Positions 45,237-53,054 of a stretch of 55,481 bases of DNA are shown one piece after another. Source of the stretch: an uncultured Rikenellaceae bacterium (GTDB taxonomy: Bacteria; Bacteroidota; Bacteroidia; Bacteroidales; VadinHA17); assembly GCA_964555805.1 (NCBI GenBank), contig CAZKTX010000001.1, positions 1-55,481 on the forward strand. The letters run 5' to 3'. The notes beneath the pieces were generated by a model. It was given only the letters and a program-made list of their open reading frames with translations. It did not search any database and was not told the origin of the DNA. How positions within the stretch are numbered: the first letter of the stretch is position 1; each line of letters opens with the position of its first letter. The position numbers were made by a program, and so were the translations under genes.

Positions 45237-46106
45237 ATGAGCATACTCGTAAACAGGGATTCCAGGGTTCTGGTCCAGGGTATAACAGGGAGTGAGGGCA
45301 CCTTCCATGCCACACAGATGATAGAGTACGGAACTGTAGTTGTCGCGGGAGTCACTCCCGGAAAAGGAGGTACAATCCACCTTGGCCTTCCGGTTTTTGA
45401 TACTGTCGCAGAGGCAGTCAGGGCAACTGGCGCCAATGTATCTATCATCTTTGTTCCTCCTCAGGCAGGCGGAGATGCCATTATGGAAGCCGCAGCCGCA
45501 GGAGTCAGTCTTATCGTGGCAATTACAGAGGGAATCCCCGTAGCCGATATGGTAAAGGCGAAGGAATACATCAGGAAGTCAGGAAGCCGGCTGATAGGAC
45601 CGAACTGTCCGGGAGTAATCACCCCCGGTGAGGCCAAGGTGGGAATAATGCCTGGGTTCATTCACAGGAAAGGACATATAGGGATCATTTCCAGATCGGG
45701 CACACTTGCATACGAAGCAGTCGACCAGATAACGAGGATGGGACTGGGTCAGTCTACAGGGCTTGGGATTGGCGGCGATCCCGTTGTGGGCACTTCTATC
45801 CTTGACGCTGTTAAACTGATGATGGCTGACGATGAAACCAGTGCAATCGTAATTATTGGTGAGATAGGCGGGACAATGGAAACCGACGCGGCTGAATGGA
45901 TAAGGGATTACGGGAAAAAACCTGTAATAGCCTTCATTGCAGGTCAGACAGCCCCAAAAGGAAGACGTATGGGACATGCAGGGGCTATAATAGGAGGGAA
46001 GGCCGATACTGCAGCTGCAAAGATCAGCATTATGAAGGATTGCGGCATTCATGTAGTTGAATCACCTGCCGACATCGGTGCAACAGTGGCCCGGGTAGCA
46101 AAATAA
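45237..46106 (+). CDS. sucD: Succinyl-CoA synthetase subunit alpha
   Basis: [31 protein letters not shown], and the catalytic His region GHAGAI. Confidence 0.95.
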   Translation: MSILVNRDSRVLVQGITGSEGTFHATQMIEYGTVVVAGVTPGKGGTIHLGLPVFDTVAEAVRATGANVSIIFVPPQAGGDAIMEAAAAGVSLIVAITEGIPVADMVKAKEYIRKSGSRLIGPNCPGVITPGEAKVGIMPGFIHRKGHIGIISRSGTLAYEAVDQITRMGLGQSTGLGIGGDPVVGTSILDAVKLMMADDETSAIVIIGEIGGTMETDAAEWIRDYGKKPVIAFIAGQTAPKGRRMGHAGAIIGGKADTAAAKISIMKDCGIHVVESPADIGATVARVAK

Positions 46107-46137
46107 CAGGCAATAAATAGCCGTTTCCTTATTTTTC

Positions 46138-46145
46138 TATATTTG
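46138..46145 (+). promoter_or_regulatory. Candidate -7 box TATATTTG upstream of fabG
   Basis: Exact TAnnTTTG match, 120 nt upstream of ATG 46266. Confidence 0.4.
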
Positions 46146-46265
46146 CATTGTCTTAAAAAGGAGAATCCTGTGAAACCAACATGTATCAAATACAAAAACA
46201 CGTATGTATATAATTTTCAATCATGTGCGGTTCCATCAGACATTTAAATTAAAAATTTTATACTG

Positions 46266-47012
46266 ATGAAATTACTTGAAGGAAAAACAGCCCTGATTAC
46301 CGGTGCATCGAGGGGAATAGGCAAAACAGTTGCTATGAAGTTCGCTCTTGAAGGAGCATCGATAGCAATAACCAATATTGCTGAGGATGAGGAATTCCTC
46401 AATACTATCGAGGAAATTAAAGCACATAAGGTTAATGTAAGAGGCTATGTTTCAAATGCTGCCGACTTTCCTGATTCCCAAAGAGTAATCGATGAGATTG
46501 TAAGGGATTTCGGTAGAATAGACATTCTTGTAAACAACGCAGGGATAACCCGTGACAATCTTCTGATGAGAATGACGGAAGAGCAATGGGACCTGGTAAT
46601 CAGCGTAAATCTGAAATCGGTCTTCAACCTGACTAAAGCTGTCCTTCAGACAATGGTGAGGCAGAAAAACGGATCGATAATAAACATGAGTTCTGTTGTA
46701 GGTGTGTCAGGCAATGCAGGTCAGAGTAATTATTCAGCATCAAAGGCCGGTATTATAGGCTTTACAAAAAGTGTCGCAAGGGAAGTTGGCTCAAGGAATA
46801 TAAGATGCAACGCAATCGCCCCGGGCTTCATTATCACTGAAATGACTGAAAAACTGCCACCCGACATCAAAACCGAATGGATCAGCAAAATCCCGCTACG
46901 ACGGGGAGGAACACCAGAGGATGTGGCAAACACAGCTCTTTTTCTTGCCTCAGATCTGTCATCATACGTATCCGGACAAACAATTCAAGTATGCGGTGGA
47001 ATGTTAACATAA
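46266..47012 (+). CDS. fabG: 3-oxoacyl-[ACP] reductase
   Basis: TGASRGIG, NNAG, and the YSASKAG catalytic motif. Length is 248 aa. Confidence 0.9.
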   Translation: MKLLEGKTALITGASRGIGKTVAMKFALEGASIAITNIAEDEEFLNTIEEIKAHKVNVRGYVSNAADFPDSQRVIDEIVRDFGRIDILVNNAGITRDNLLMRMTEEQWDLVISVNLKSVFNLTKAVLQTMVRQKNGSIINMSSVVGVSGNAGQSNYSASKAGIIGFTKSVAREVGSRNIRCNAIAPGFIITEMTEKLPPDIKTEWISKIPLRRGGTPEDVANTALFLASDLSSYVSGQTIQVCGGMLT

Positions 47013-47041
47013 AAAATCAATAGAATGTAAAATATTAATGT

Positions 47042-47049
47042 TATATTTG
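47042..47049 (+). promoter_or_regulatory. Candidate -7 box TATATTTG upstream of a structured leader and the M48 peptidase gene
   Basis: Exact TAnnTTTG match, 115 nt upstream of ATG 47165. Confidence 0.4.
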
Positions 47050-47056
47050 TAAAACC

Positions 47057-47146
47057 GCAGGGCGTCTATCCTTATAGCACGAGGAAATGCAGCGAGACAT
47101 ATTTATTCCACACTTATTTTAAACAGGCGCCCTGCTTCTTTTTTTT
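47057..47146 (+). terminator. GC-rich closing helix (GCAGGGCG/CGCCCTGC) enclosing about 57 nt, followed by TTCTTTTTTTT; candidate leader/attenuator or small RNA
   Basis: 47057-47064 pairs with 47028+100, i.e. 47128-47135, extendable by T65-G27, C66-G26 and T67-A25. The U-tract is 47136-47146. It lies between a -7 box and the M48 start codon. Confidence 0.4.
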
Positions 47147-47164
47147 ATAACGGTCTGGTCCTGA

Positions 47165-48391
47165 ATGCTTAATTATATTTTCTTTCTGTTCATTCTGATT
47201 CCTGTTGCCGGATATCTTCTTGAGAGATATCTCGAGCACCTTAATTTAAAGATGTGGTCCGACAAGCTTCCGGAAAAGCTCAAGGGAATTTGTGATGAAA
47301 ACGAGTACCGCAAAACACAACTCTACTACAGGGAAAATCTGAAACTTTCTTTCTGGTCGTCTTCATTCAACCTGGCAGTTATTATTGTAATGCTGACGGC
47401 CAGGGGGTTTGCGCTTGTCGATAGCATAGCCAGGTCGATGAGTGGCAACAATATAATCATTGCGTTAATCTTTTTCGGAATTATCGGGATTTCATCAGAA
47501 TTGATTAACATGCCTTTCTCATGGTACGACACCTTCATCATTGAAAAAAAGTTCGGCTTCAACACGATGACAAGACGCACCTTTGTCACCGACCAGTTGA
47601 AATCATGGTTCATTGCATTGTTGGTTGGCGTTCCTGTCCTGGCCATTGTAACCTGGATCTACTACAAGACTGAAAAAGGATTCTGGATCTACGCATGGCT
47701 GCTTGTTACAGCTTTTACTGTGTTTGTCAACTTCTTCTATTCGGAATGGATTGTACCTCTTTTCAACAAGCAGACACCACTTATCGATAGCCCTCTCAGA
47801 TCAAAGATCGAGGCATTTGCATCAAAGGCAGGCTTCCGGCTTAAGAATATATATGTTATTGACGGATCAAAGAGAAGCACCAAAGCCAACGCATATTTCT
47901 CGGGGTTTGGCTCAAAAAAGAGGATTGTGCTGTATGACACTCTGATAAAGGAAATGAGCGACGAAGAAATAGTTTCTGTCCTTGCGCATGAAATAGGCCA
48001 TTATAAAAAGAAACATGTCGTCCGAAACCTCATTTCATCGGTGCTTCTTACTGGCCTGATGCTGTTCCTTTTTTCAAGAATAGCAGGTAATCCGGTACTT
48101 TCAACTGCTCTGGGAGCCAGAACTCCGGGCTTCCACATCGGGCTGATTGCTTTTGGAATACTTTACAGCCCTCTTTCGCTCATAATTGGTCTTCTTTCAA
48201 ACTACATATCACGACAAAATGAGTTTGAAGCCGACAGATTTGTAAGGGACAATTATGATTCACGAAAGCTGGCTTCTGCACTTAAACTACTATCTGTCAA
48301 AAATTTATCAAACATGATGCCTCATCCGGCATATGTTTTCTTCCATTATTCTCATCCTCCTCTACTGGCAAGGCTCCAAAAACTGGAATAA
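47165..48391 (+). CDS. M48-family zinc metallopeptidase (Ste24/HtpX-like, with M48 N-terminal membrane domain)
   Basis: HEIGH zinc motif, multiple TM helices, C-terminal HPPLLARL. Confidence 0.85.
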   Translation: MLNYIFFLFILIPVAGYLLERYLEHLNLKMWSDKLPEKLKGICDENEYRKTQLYYRENLKLSFWSSSFNLAVIIVMLTARGFALVDSIARSMSGNNIIIALIFFGIIGISSELINMPFSWYDTFIIEKKFGFNTMTRRTFVTDQLKSWFIALLVGVPVLAIVTWIYYKTEKGFWIYAWLLVTAFTVFVNFFYSEWIVPLFNKQTPLIDSPLRSKIEAFASKAGFRLKNIYVIDGSKRSTKANAYFSGFGSKKRIVLYDTLIKEMSDEEIVSVLAHEIGHYKKKHVVRNLISSVLLTGLMLFLFSRIAGNPVLSTALGARTPGFHIGLIAFGILYSPLSLIIGLLSNYISRQNEFEADRFVRDNYDSRKLASALKLLSVKNLSNMMPHPAYVFFHYSHPPLLARLQKLE

Positions 48392-48395
48392 TTTT

Positions 48396-48403
48396 TATAT
48401 TTG
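48396..48403 (+). promoter_or_regulatory. Candidate -7 box TATATTTG for the tRNA pair
   Basis: Exact TAnnTTTG match ending 12 nt before tRNA position 1. Confidence 0.55.
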
Positions 48404-48414
48404 CATCCTGATTG

Positions 48415-48487
48415 GCCACCTTAGCTCAGTTGGTAGAGCAGCTCATTCGTAATGAGCAGGTCCGGGGTTCGAGTCCCCGAGGTGGCT
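48415..48487 (+). tRNA. tRNA-Thr (anticodon CGU)
   Basis: Hand-folded cloverleaf. Acceptor GCCACCT/AGGTGGC, D arm GCTC-AGTTGGTA-GAGC, anticodon arm GCTCA-TTCGTAA-TGAGC, T arm CGGGG-TTCGAGT-CCCCG. 73 nt, with no encoded CCA. Confidence 0.9.
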
Positions 48488-48531
48488 CACAAAGGTTCCG
48501 GAACCGCCTTACGGATACGAAAATGTTCATT

Positions 48532-48605
<74 letters not shown>

Positions 48606-48635
48606 AAATATCCTTCACAGGTATAAATGTTATTA

Positions 48636-48665
48636 TGTAGGGACAAGGCATGCCTTGTCCCTACA
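48636..48665. terminator. Perfect 30-nt palindrome TGTAGGGACAAGGCA/TGCCTTGTCCCTACA downstream of the tRNA pair
   Basis: Perfect self-complementarity read directly. There is no strong U-tract (it is followed by TGAAAAATTT). It covers the first ATG of the track's cinA ORF. Confidence 0.45.
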
Positions 48666-48679
48666 TGAAAAATTTAATG

Positions 48680-49921
48680 ATGAAAGCCGAAATAATAACA
48701 ATAGGAGACGAACTGCTGATTGGCCAGACGATCGACACCAATTCAGCATGGATTGGCTCCGAGCTGAGCCTGGCAGGATTTGATGTAATGAAGAAGACAT
48801 CCATTCATGATATCAGGACTGACATTCTGAATGCTCTTGCAGAAGCTGAAGGTAAAAGCAATGTTGTAATTATAACAGGCGGACTCGGGCCCACAAGCGA
48901 TGACATCACAAAACCTGCGCTGTGTGATTTTTTCACTACAAAGCTTGTTGTGAACATGGAAGTTCTTGCAATGATTACAGAAATGATGCAGAGAAGAAAC
49001 TTCCCCATGAACCTGAATAACAGGAGACAGGCTGAGGTTCCCGAATCATGCAGGGTGCTTACAAACGCTGCAGGCACCGCTCCCGGAATGTGGTTCGAAA
49101 AAAGCGGCACTATTTTCGTTTCCCTGCCAGGAGTTCCGTCAGAGATGAAATACCTGATGAGCACACATGTTCTGCCGGAGCTAAAGCAACGATTCAGATC
49201 ACAGGCAATCATTCATAGAAATTTAATGATATACGGTGCGCCGGAAGCGCTGCTTGCCGAAAAACTGGAAGGCTTTGAGGCAGGATTGCCGGCTGGAATA
49301 AAACTGGCCTATCTGCCTTCATCCGGAGTAATAAAGCTCCGTCTTACAGGCACCGGACGTGATTCCAGGACAGTGGCCGAACTTGTCGAAAGCCAGGTGC
49401 GCCTTTTGTATTCCACAATACCCGACCTGATTTACGGAGAGGAGGGAGAAACTCTTGAAATGGCAGTTGGAAGACTTCTGAGGGGAAGAGGTAAGACACT
49501 GGGAACTGCAGAAAGCTGTACCGGAGGAAATATTGCAAGACTGATTACAAGCATACCAGGAAGCTCTGATTATTTCACTGGTTCAGTTGTTTCTTATGCC
49601 AACCATGTCAAGACAAAGCTCCTGGGCGTGGATGAAAAACTTATTGCAGATCACGGCGCAGTAAGCGGGCCGGTTGTAATAGCCATGGCTGAAGGAGCAA
49701 GAAGATTGCTATCTGCTGATTACTCTATTGCAACTTCGGGTATTGCCGGTCCCGACGGTGGAACTGAATTAAAGCCTGTCGGAACACTTTGGACGGCTGT
49801 CTCATCCGCTTCAGGAACTAAAGCTGAAATGCATACATTCGGAGCCGACAGGCTTACGAACATTAACAGGTTCTCAAATGTTGCGCTCAATATGCTGAGG
49901 AAGCAGATACTCAGTGATTAA
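48680..49921 (+). CDS. cinA: CinA-family protein (MoCF-binding domain + nicotinamide-nucleotide amidohydrolase PncC domain)
   Basis: MKAEIITIGDELLIGQTIDTNSAWI, TGGLGPTSDD, and C-terminal ESCTGG...ATSGIAGPDGG. Start 48680 is preferred because 48650 lies inside the palindrome. Confidence 0.85.
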   Translation: MKAEIITIGDELLIGQTIDTNSAWIGSELSLAGFDVMKKTSIHDIRTDILNALAEAEGKSNVVIITGGLGPTSDDITKPALCDFFTTKLVVNMEVLAMITEMMQRRNFPMNLNNRRQAEVPESCRVLTNAAGTAPGMWFEKSGTIFVSLPGVPSEMKYLMSTHVLPELKQRFRSQAIIHRNLMIYGAPEALLAEKLEGFEAGLPAGIKLAYLPSSGVIKLRLTGTGRDSRTVAELVESQVRLLYSTIPDLIYGEEGETLEMAVGRLLRGRGKTLGTAESCTGGNIARLITSIPGSSDYFTGSVVSYANHVKTKLLGVDEKLIADHGAVSGPVVIAMAEGARRLLSADYSIATSGIAGPDGGTELKPVGTLWTAVSSASGTKAEMHTFGADRLTNINRFSNVALNMLRKQILSD

Positions 49922-50041
49922 GGTGATTTTTTATGCATTGTTGAAAAAAATCGCAGCAATAATTTGGTTAATAAGATTAAAATCACGTATTTTGCGCTTC
50001 ATTTTTCAAAAAGACACAAGTAAAGAATAAATAGGGAATCA

Positions 50042-50284
50042 ATGGCAAAGGTTTGTCAGGTAACAGGAAAGAGGGCGGTTGTTGGGAACAATGTATCGCA
50101 TTCAAAGAGAAGGACAAAGAGAAAGTTTTACCCCAATCTTTTTGTAAAGAAATATTATTTGCCGGAGGAGGAAAGGTGGATCACTCTTAAAGTGTCTGCT
50201 TCAGGAATCCGTACGATAAACAAGAAAGGCCTCACGGCTGTTCTTAAGGAAGCAAAGGAAAAAGGTCACATTGTGAATTACTAA
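50042..50284 (+). CDS. rpmB: 50S ribosomal protein L28
   Basis: [33 protein letters not shown]. Confidence 0.95.
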   Translation: MAKVCQVTGKRAVVGNNVSHSKRRTKRKFYPNLFVKKYYLPEEERWITLKVSASGIRTINKKGLTAVLKEAKEKGHIVNY

Positions 50285-50298
50285 AATAAGATCAGGAA

Positions 50299-50487
50299 AT
50301 GGCAAAGAAGGCTAAGGGGAACAGGCAGCAGGTCATCCTGGAATGCACCGAGCAAAAAGAGAGCGGTGTACCGGGGATGTCGCGCTATATAACAACAAAA
50401 AACAGGAAGAATACACCTGACCGTCTTGAAAGAAGGAAATACAACCCCCTCCTCAAGAAAGTCACCCTTCACAGAGAAATCAAGTAA
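50299..50487 (+). CDS. rpmG: 50S ribosomal protein L33
   Basis: [18 protein letters not shown]...[33 protein letters not shown]. Confidence 0.95.
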   Translation: MAKKAKGNRQQVILECTEQKESGVPGMSRYITTKNRKNTPDRLERRKYNPLLKKVTLHREIK

Positions 50488-50499
50488 AAGCAAAATACC

Positions 50500-50655
50500 A
50501 TGGCAAAGAAAGTAGTAGCAACACTCAAAACCGGATCGGGTAAGTCTTTTACCAAATGTATAAAGATGACGAGATCGGAAAAAAGCGGATCATACCAGTT
50601 CAAGGAAGAGGTGGTTCATAATGATCATATCAAGGACTTTTTCACGAAGAAATAG
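50500..50655 (+). CDS. DUF4295-family small protein (51 aa), not in the ORF track
   Basis: My own translation is MAKKVVATLKTGSGKSFTKCIKMTRSEKSGSYQFKEEVVHNDHIKDFFTKK, from ATG 50500 to TAG 50653-50655. It sits after rpmG as in many Bacteroidota genomes (from memory). Confidence 0.7.
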   Translation: MAKKVVATLKTGSGKSFTKCIKMTRSEKSGSYQFKEEVVHNDHIKDFFTKK

Positions 50656-50683
50656 TAAAATCGTTTTCAATCAGATATCAAAG

Positions 50684-50714
50684 GCTTTCTTCGTAACGGA
50701 AGAAAGCTTTTTTT
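50684..50714 (+). terminator. Rho-independent terminator after the rpmB-rpmG-DUF4295 unit
   Basis: Stem GCTTTCTTC/GAAGAAAGC (50684-50692 with 50699-50707), 6-nt loop, then T7 (50708-50714). Confidence 0.75.
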
Positions 50715-50721
50715 ATATTTG
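50714..50721 (+). promoter_or_regulatory. Candidate -7 box TATATTTG for ftsY
   Basis: Exact TAnnTTTG match, 25 nt upstream of ATG 50746 and immediately after the terminator U-tract. Confidence 0.55.
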
Positions 50722-50745
50722 CCGTTCAATAATTTAAGATTCTTA

Positions 50746-51711
50746 ATGGGCTGGTTTGGTAAGGGAAGCAAGGATAACAGGGAAGTCCTGAACAAAGGTC
50801 TTGAAAAAACAAAGGAGAATGTTTTTACAAGATTGTCAAGGGCTGTTGTCGGCAAGTCAAAGGTTGACGAAGAGGTACTTGACAACCTTGAGGAAGCTCT
50901 CGTATCGTCCGATGTTGGCGTGGAAACAACGCTCAGGATCATTGAACGGATAGAAGCCAGGGCGGCAAGGGATAAATACCTGAATACTGCAGAGCTTAAC
51001 AGGATATTAAGGGAAGAGATCGCAGCCCTCCTTGAGAGCAACAAGACTGGCCCGGCTGTTGATTTCGCATCACAACTCCCCGTGTCACCTTACATTATTA
51101 TGGTTGTGGGAGTAAACGGATCGGGAAAAACAACAACCATAGCAAAACTGGCGTATCAGTATAAATTGGCCGGCAAGAAAGTTCTGCTTGGAGCTGCCGA
51201 TACATTCAGGGCTGCAGCAATCGACCAGCTTCAGATCTGGGCCGACAGGGCAGAGGTCCAGATTGTCAGGCAGAACATGGGATCCGACCCTGCTTCGGTT
51301 GCCTTTGATTCCGTGAAGTCGGGCGTTGCCGGTAATTATGATGTTGTAATTATTGATACTGCCGGAAGACTCCATAACAAGATAAACCTTATGTCGGAGC
51401 TCTCGAAGATCAAGCGGGTAATGGAAAAAGTTGTGCCTGAGGCTCCCCACGAGGTGCTTCTTGTGCTTGACGGATCGACCGGCCAGAATGCCTTTGAACA
51501 GGCCAAGCAGTTTACTGCCGCCACAAGCGTTACAGCCCTCGCCATCACAAAACTCGACGGCACTGCAAAAGGCGGTGTTGTAATTGGCATATCCGACCAG
51601 TTCGGCATACCCGTTAAATATATAGGTCTGGGTGAAAAGCTTACAGATCTCCAGGTATTCAACCCGCAGGAATTCGTTGACTCCCTCTTCTCACAGGAAT
51701 CAGGCAGTTAA
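50746..51711 (+). CDS. ftsY: Signal recognition particle receptor FtsY
   Basis: MGWFGKG..., GVNGSGKTTT, DTAGR, TKLDG. Track start 50719 would lie inside the promoter/terminator, so ATG 50746 is preferred. Confidence 0.95.
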   Translation: MGWFGKGSKDNREVLNKGLEKTKENVFTRLSRAVVGKSKVDEEVLDNLEEALVSSDVGVETTLRIIERIEARAARDKYLNTAELNRILREEIAALLESNKTGPAVDFASQLPVSPYIIMVVGVNGSGKTTTIAKLAYQYKLAGKKVLLGAADTFRAAAIDQLQIWADRAEVQIVRQNMGSDPASVAFDSVKSGVAGNYDVVIIDTAGRLHNKINLMSELSKIKRVMEKVVPEAPHEVLLVLDGSTGQNAFEQAKQFTAATSVTALAITKLDGTAKGGVVIGISDQFGIPVKYIGLGEKLTDLQVFNPQEFVDSLFSQESGS

Positions 51712-51728
51712 TACAAATACGTCCCGAA

Positions 51729-53048
51729 TTGCAGAAAAGTCCCGTCAGTAAGCTGATTAATATAGTAACACTGGGTTGTTCAAAGAACACTGTCGACTCG
51801 GAGAAACTGCTCAGTCAGATCAGGGCAGGGGGGTATTCTGTCGCATACGATCCGTCGGCCGAAAATGCGGATACCGTAATAATTAATACATGTGGTTTCA
51901 TAAGCGATGCCAGGGAGGAAAGCATCAACACAATACTTCGCTATGTAAAGGCAAGCCGCGAAGGCCGCGTGAGGAAGCTGTATGTCATGGGTTGTCTTTC
52001 TGAACGTTACAGGGACGTCCTGCAGCAGGAGATACCTGAAGTTGATAAATACTTTGGCGTCAGCAGTATGGAAGAGATACTTCAGGAGCTGGGCACTACA
52101 ACCCGCAGGGAACTTTTTCCTGAAAGGGTACTCACAGGTCCCGCCCATTACGCTTACCTGAAAGTGTCTGAAGGATGCGACAGAAAGTGTTCTTTCTGTG
52201 CCATACCCCTGATAAGGGGAAAGTATGTTTCCCGTCCGCTTGATGAGATAATCAGGGAGGCTGAGATACTTGCTGACAAGGGAGTAAAAGAATTGATTCT
52301 CATAGCACAGGATCTTGGTTACTATGGACTCGACATTTACGGCAGGAGGGAACTTCCCCGGCTTGTTTCACAGCTGCTGTCCGTTGAGTCGTTGGAATGG
52401 ATAAGACTTCATTACCTTTATCCGGCGGGCTTCCCGTCAGGGATCATTAACCTGATGAAGGACAATCCAAAGATCTGCAGTTATATAGATATACCTATAC
52501 AGCATATATCCGACAGGATGCTCAGGTTAATGAAACGTTCTCACGGCGGAAAGGCAACCCGCGATCTCCTTCACAGGATAAGGCGTGAACTTCCCGGCGC
52601 AGCTGTCAGGACAACTCTCATTGCCGGTCATCCCGGTGAGACTGAAAAAGACTATAACGAACTCAGGGATTTCATTTCAGATTACAGGTTCGACCGGCTT
52701 GGAGTTTTTGCTTACAGCCATGAAGAGGGAACATTTTCAGGAGAAAAATATACTGATGACGTTCCTGACAAAGTAAAGGAAACAAGGGTGGCTGAACTTA
52801 TGGCAATCCAGCAGTCGATTTCAGGAGAACTCAACGGGCAAAAAAACGGCCGTGTTTTGAAAGTCCTGATCGACAGGAGGGAAGGAGATTATTTCATCGG
52901 AAGAACCGAACACGACAGCCCCGAAGTCGATAATGAAGTTCTGATAAGCACAAAGGATGAACTTGCCCCTGGCAGTTTCCACGACATCCTGATAACCGGG
53001 TCGACTGAATTCGACCTTTTCGGTACACCCGTAAAATATACTTCCTGA
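51729..53048 (+). CDS. rimO: Ribosomal protein S12 methylthiotransferase RimO
   Basis: INIVTLGCSKN (UPF0004 domain), radical SAM CDRKCSFCAIP, C-terminal TRAM-like domain. The apparent start is TTG (51729), and there is no in-frame ATG before the conserved N-terminus. Confidence 0.9.
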   Translation: MQKSPVSKLINIVTLGCSKNTVDSEKLLSQIRAGGYSVAYDPSAENADTVIINTCGFISDAREESINTILRYVKASREGRVRKLYVMGCLSERYRDVLQQEIPEVDKYFGVSSMEEILQELGTTTRRELFPERVLTGPAHYAYLKVSEGCDRKCSFCAIPLIRGKYVSRPLDEIIREAEILADKGVKELILIAQDLGYYGLDIYGRRELPRLVSQLLSVESLEWIRLHYLYPAGFPSGIINLMKDNPKICSYIDIPIQHISDRMLRLMKRSHGGKATRDLLHRIRRELPGAAVRTTLIAGHPGETEKDYNELRDFISDYRFDRLGVFAYSHEEGTFSGEKYTDDVPDKVKETRVAELMAIQQSISGELNGQKNGRVLKVLIDRREGDYFIGRTEHDSPEVDNEVLISTKDELAPGSFHDILITGSTEFDLFGTPVKYTS

Positions 53049-53054
53049 AACGAT

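Noticed and set aside
45237-46106. sucD without an adjacent sucC
   Set aside because: As far as I recall, the succinyl-CoA synthetase subunit genes are often unlinked in Bacteroidota. This is not evidence of anything unusual.
47165-48391. Link between the M48 CAAX-type protease and the prenyltransferase-like genes, as a possible bacterial protein-prenylation system
   Set aside because: It lies 25 kb away on the opposite strand in a housekeeping neighbourhood with its own promoter. The 60-aa Cys peptide does not end in a CaaX box. Ste24/HtpX-like M48 peptidases are common housekeeping genes.
50719-50745. Longer FtsY start proposed by the ORF track
   Set aside because: It would place the start codon inside the -7 box and directly after the terminator U-tract. 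MGWFGKG at 50746 is a typical FtsY N-terminus.
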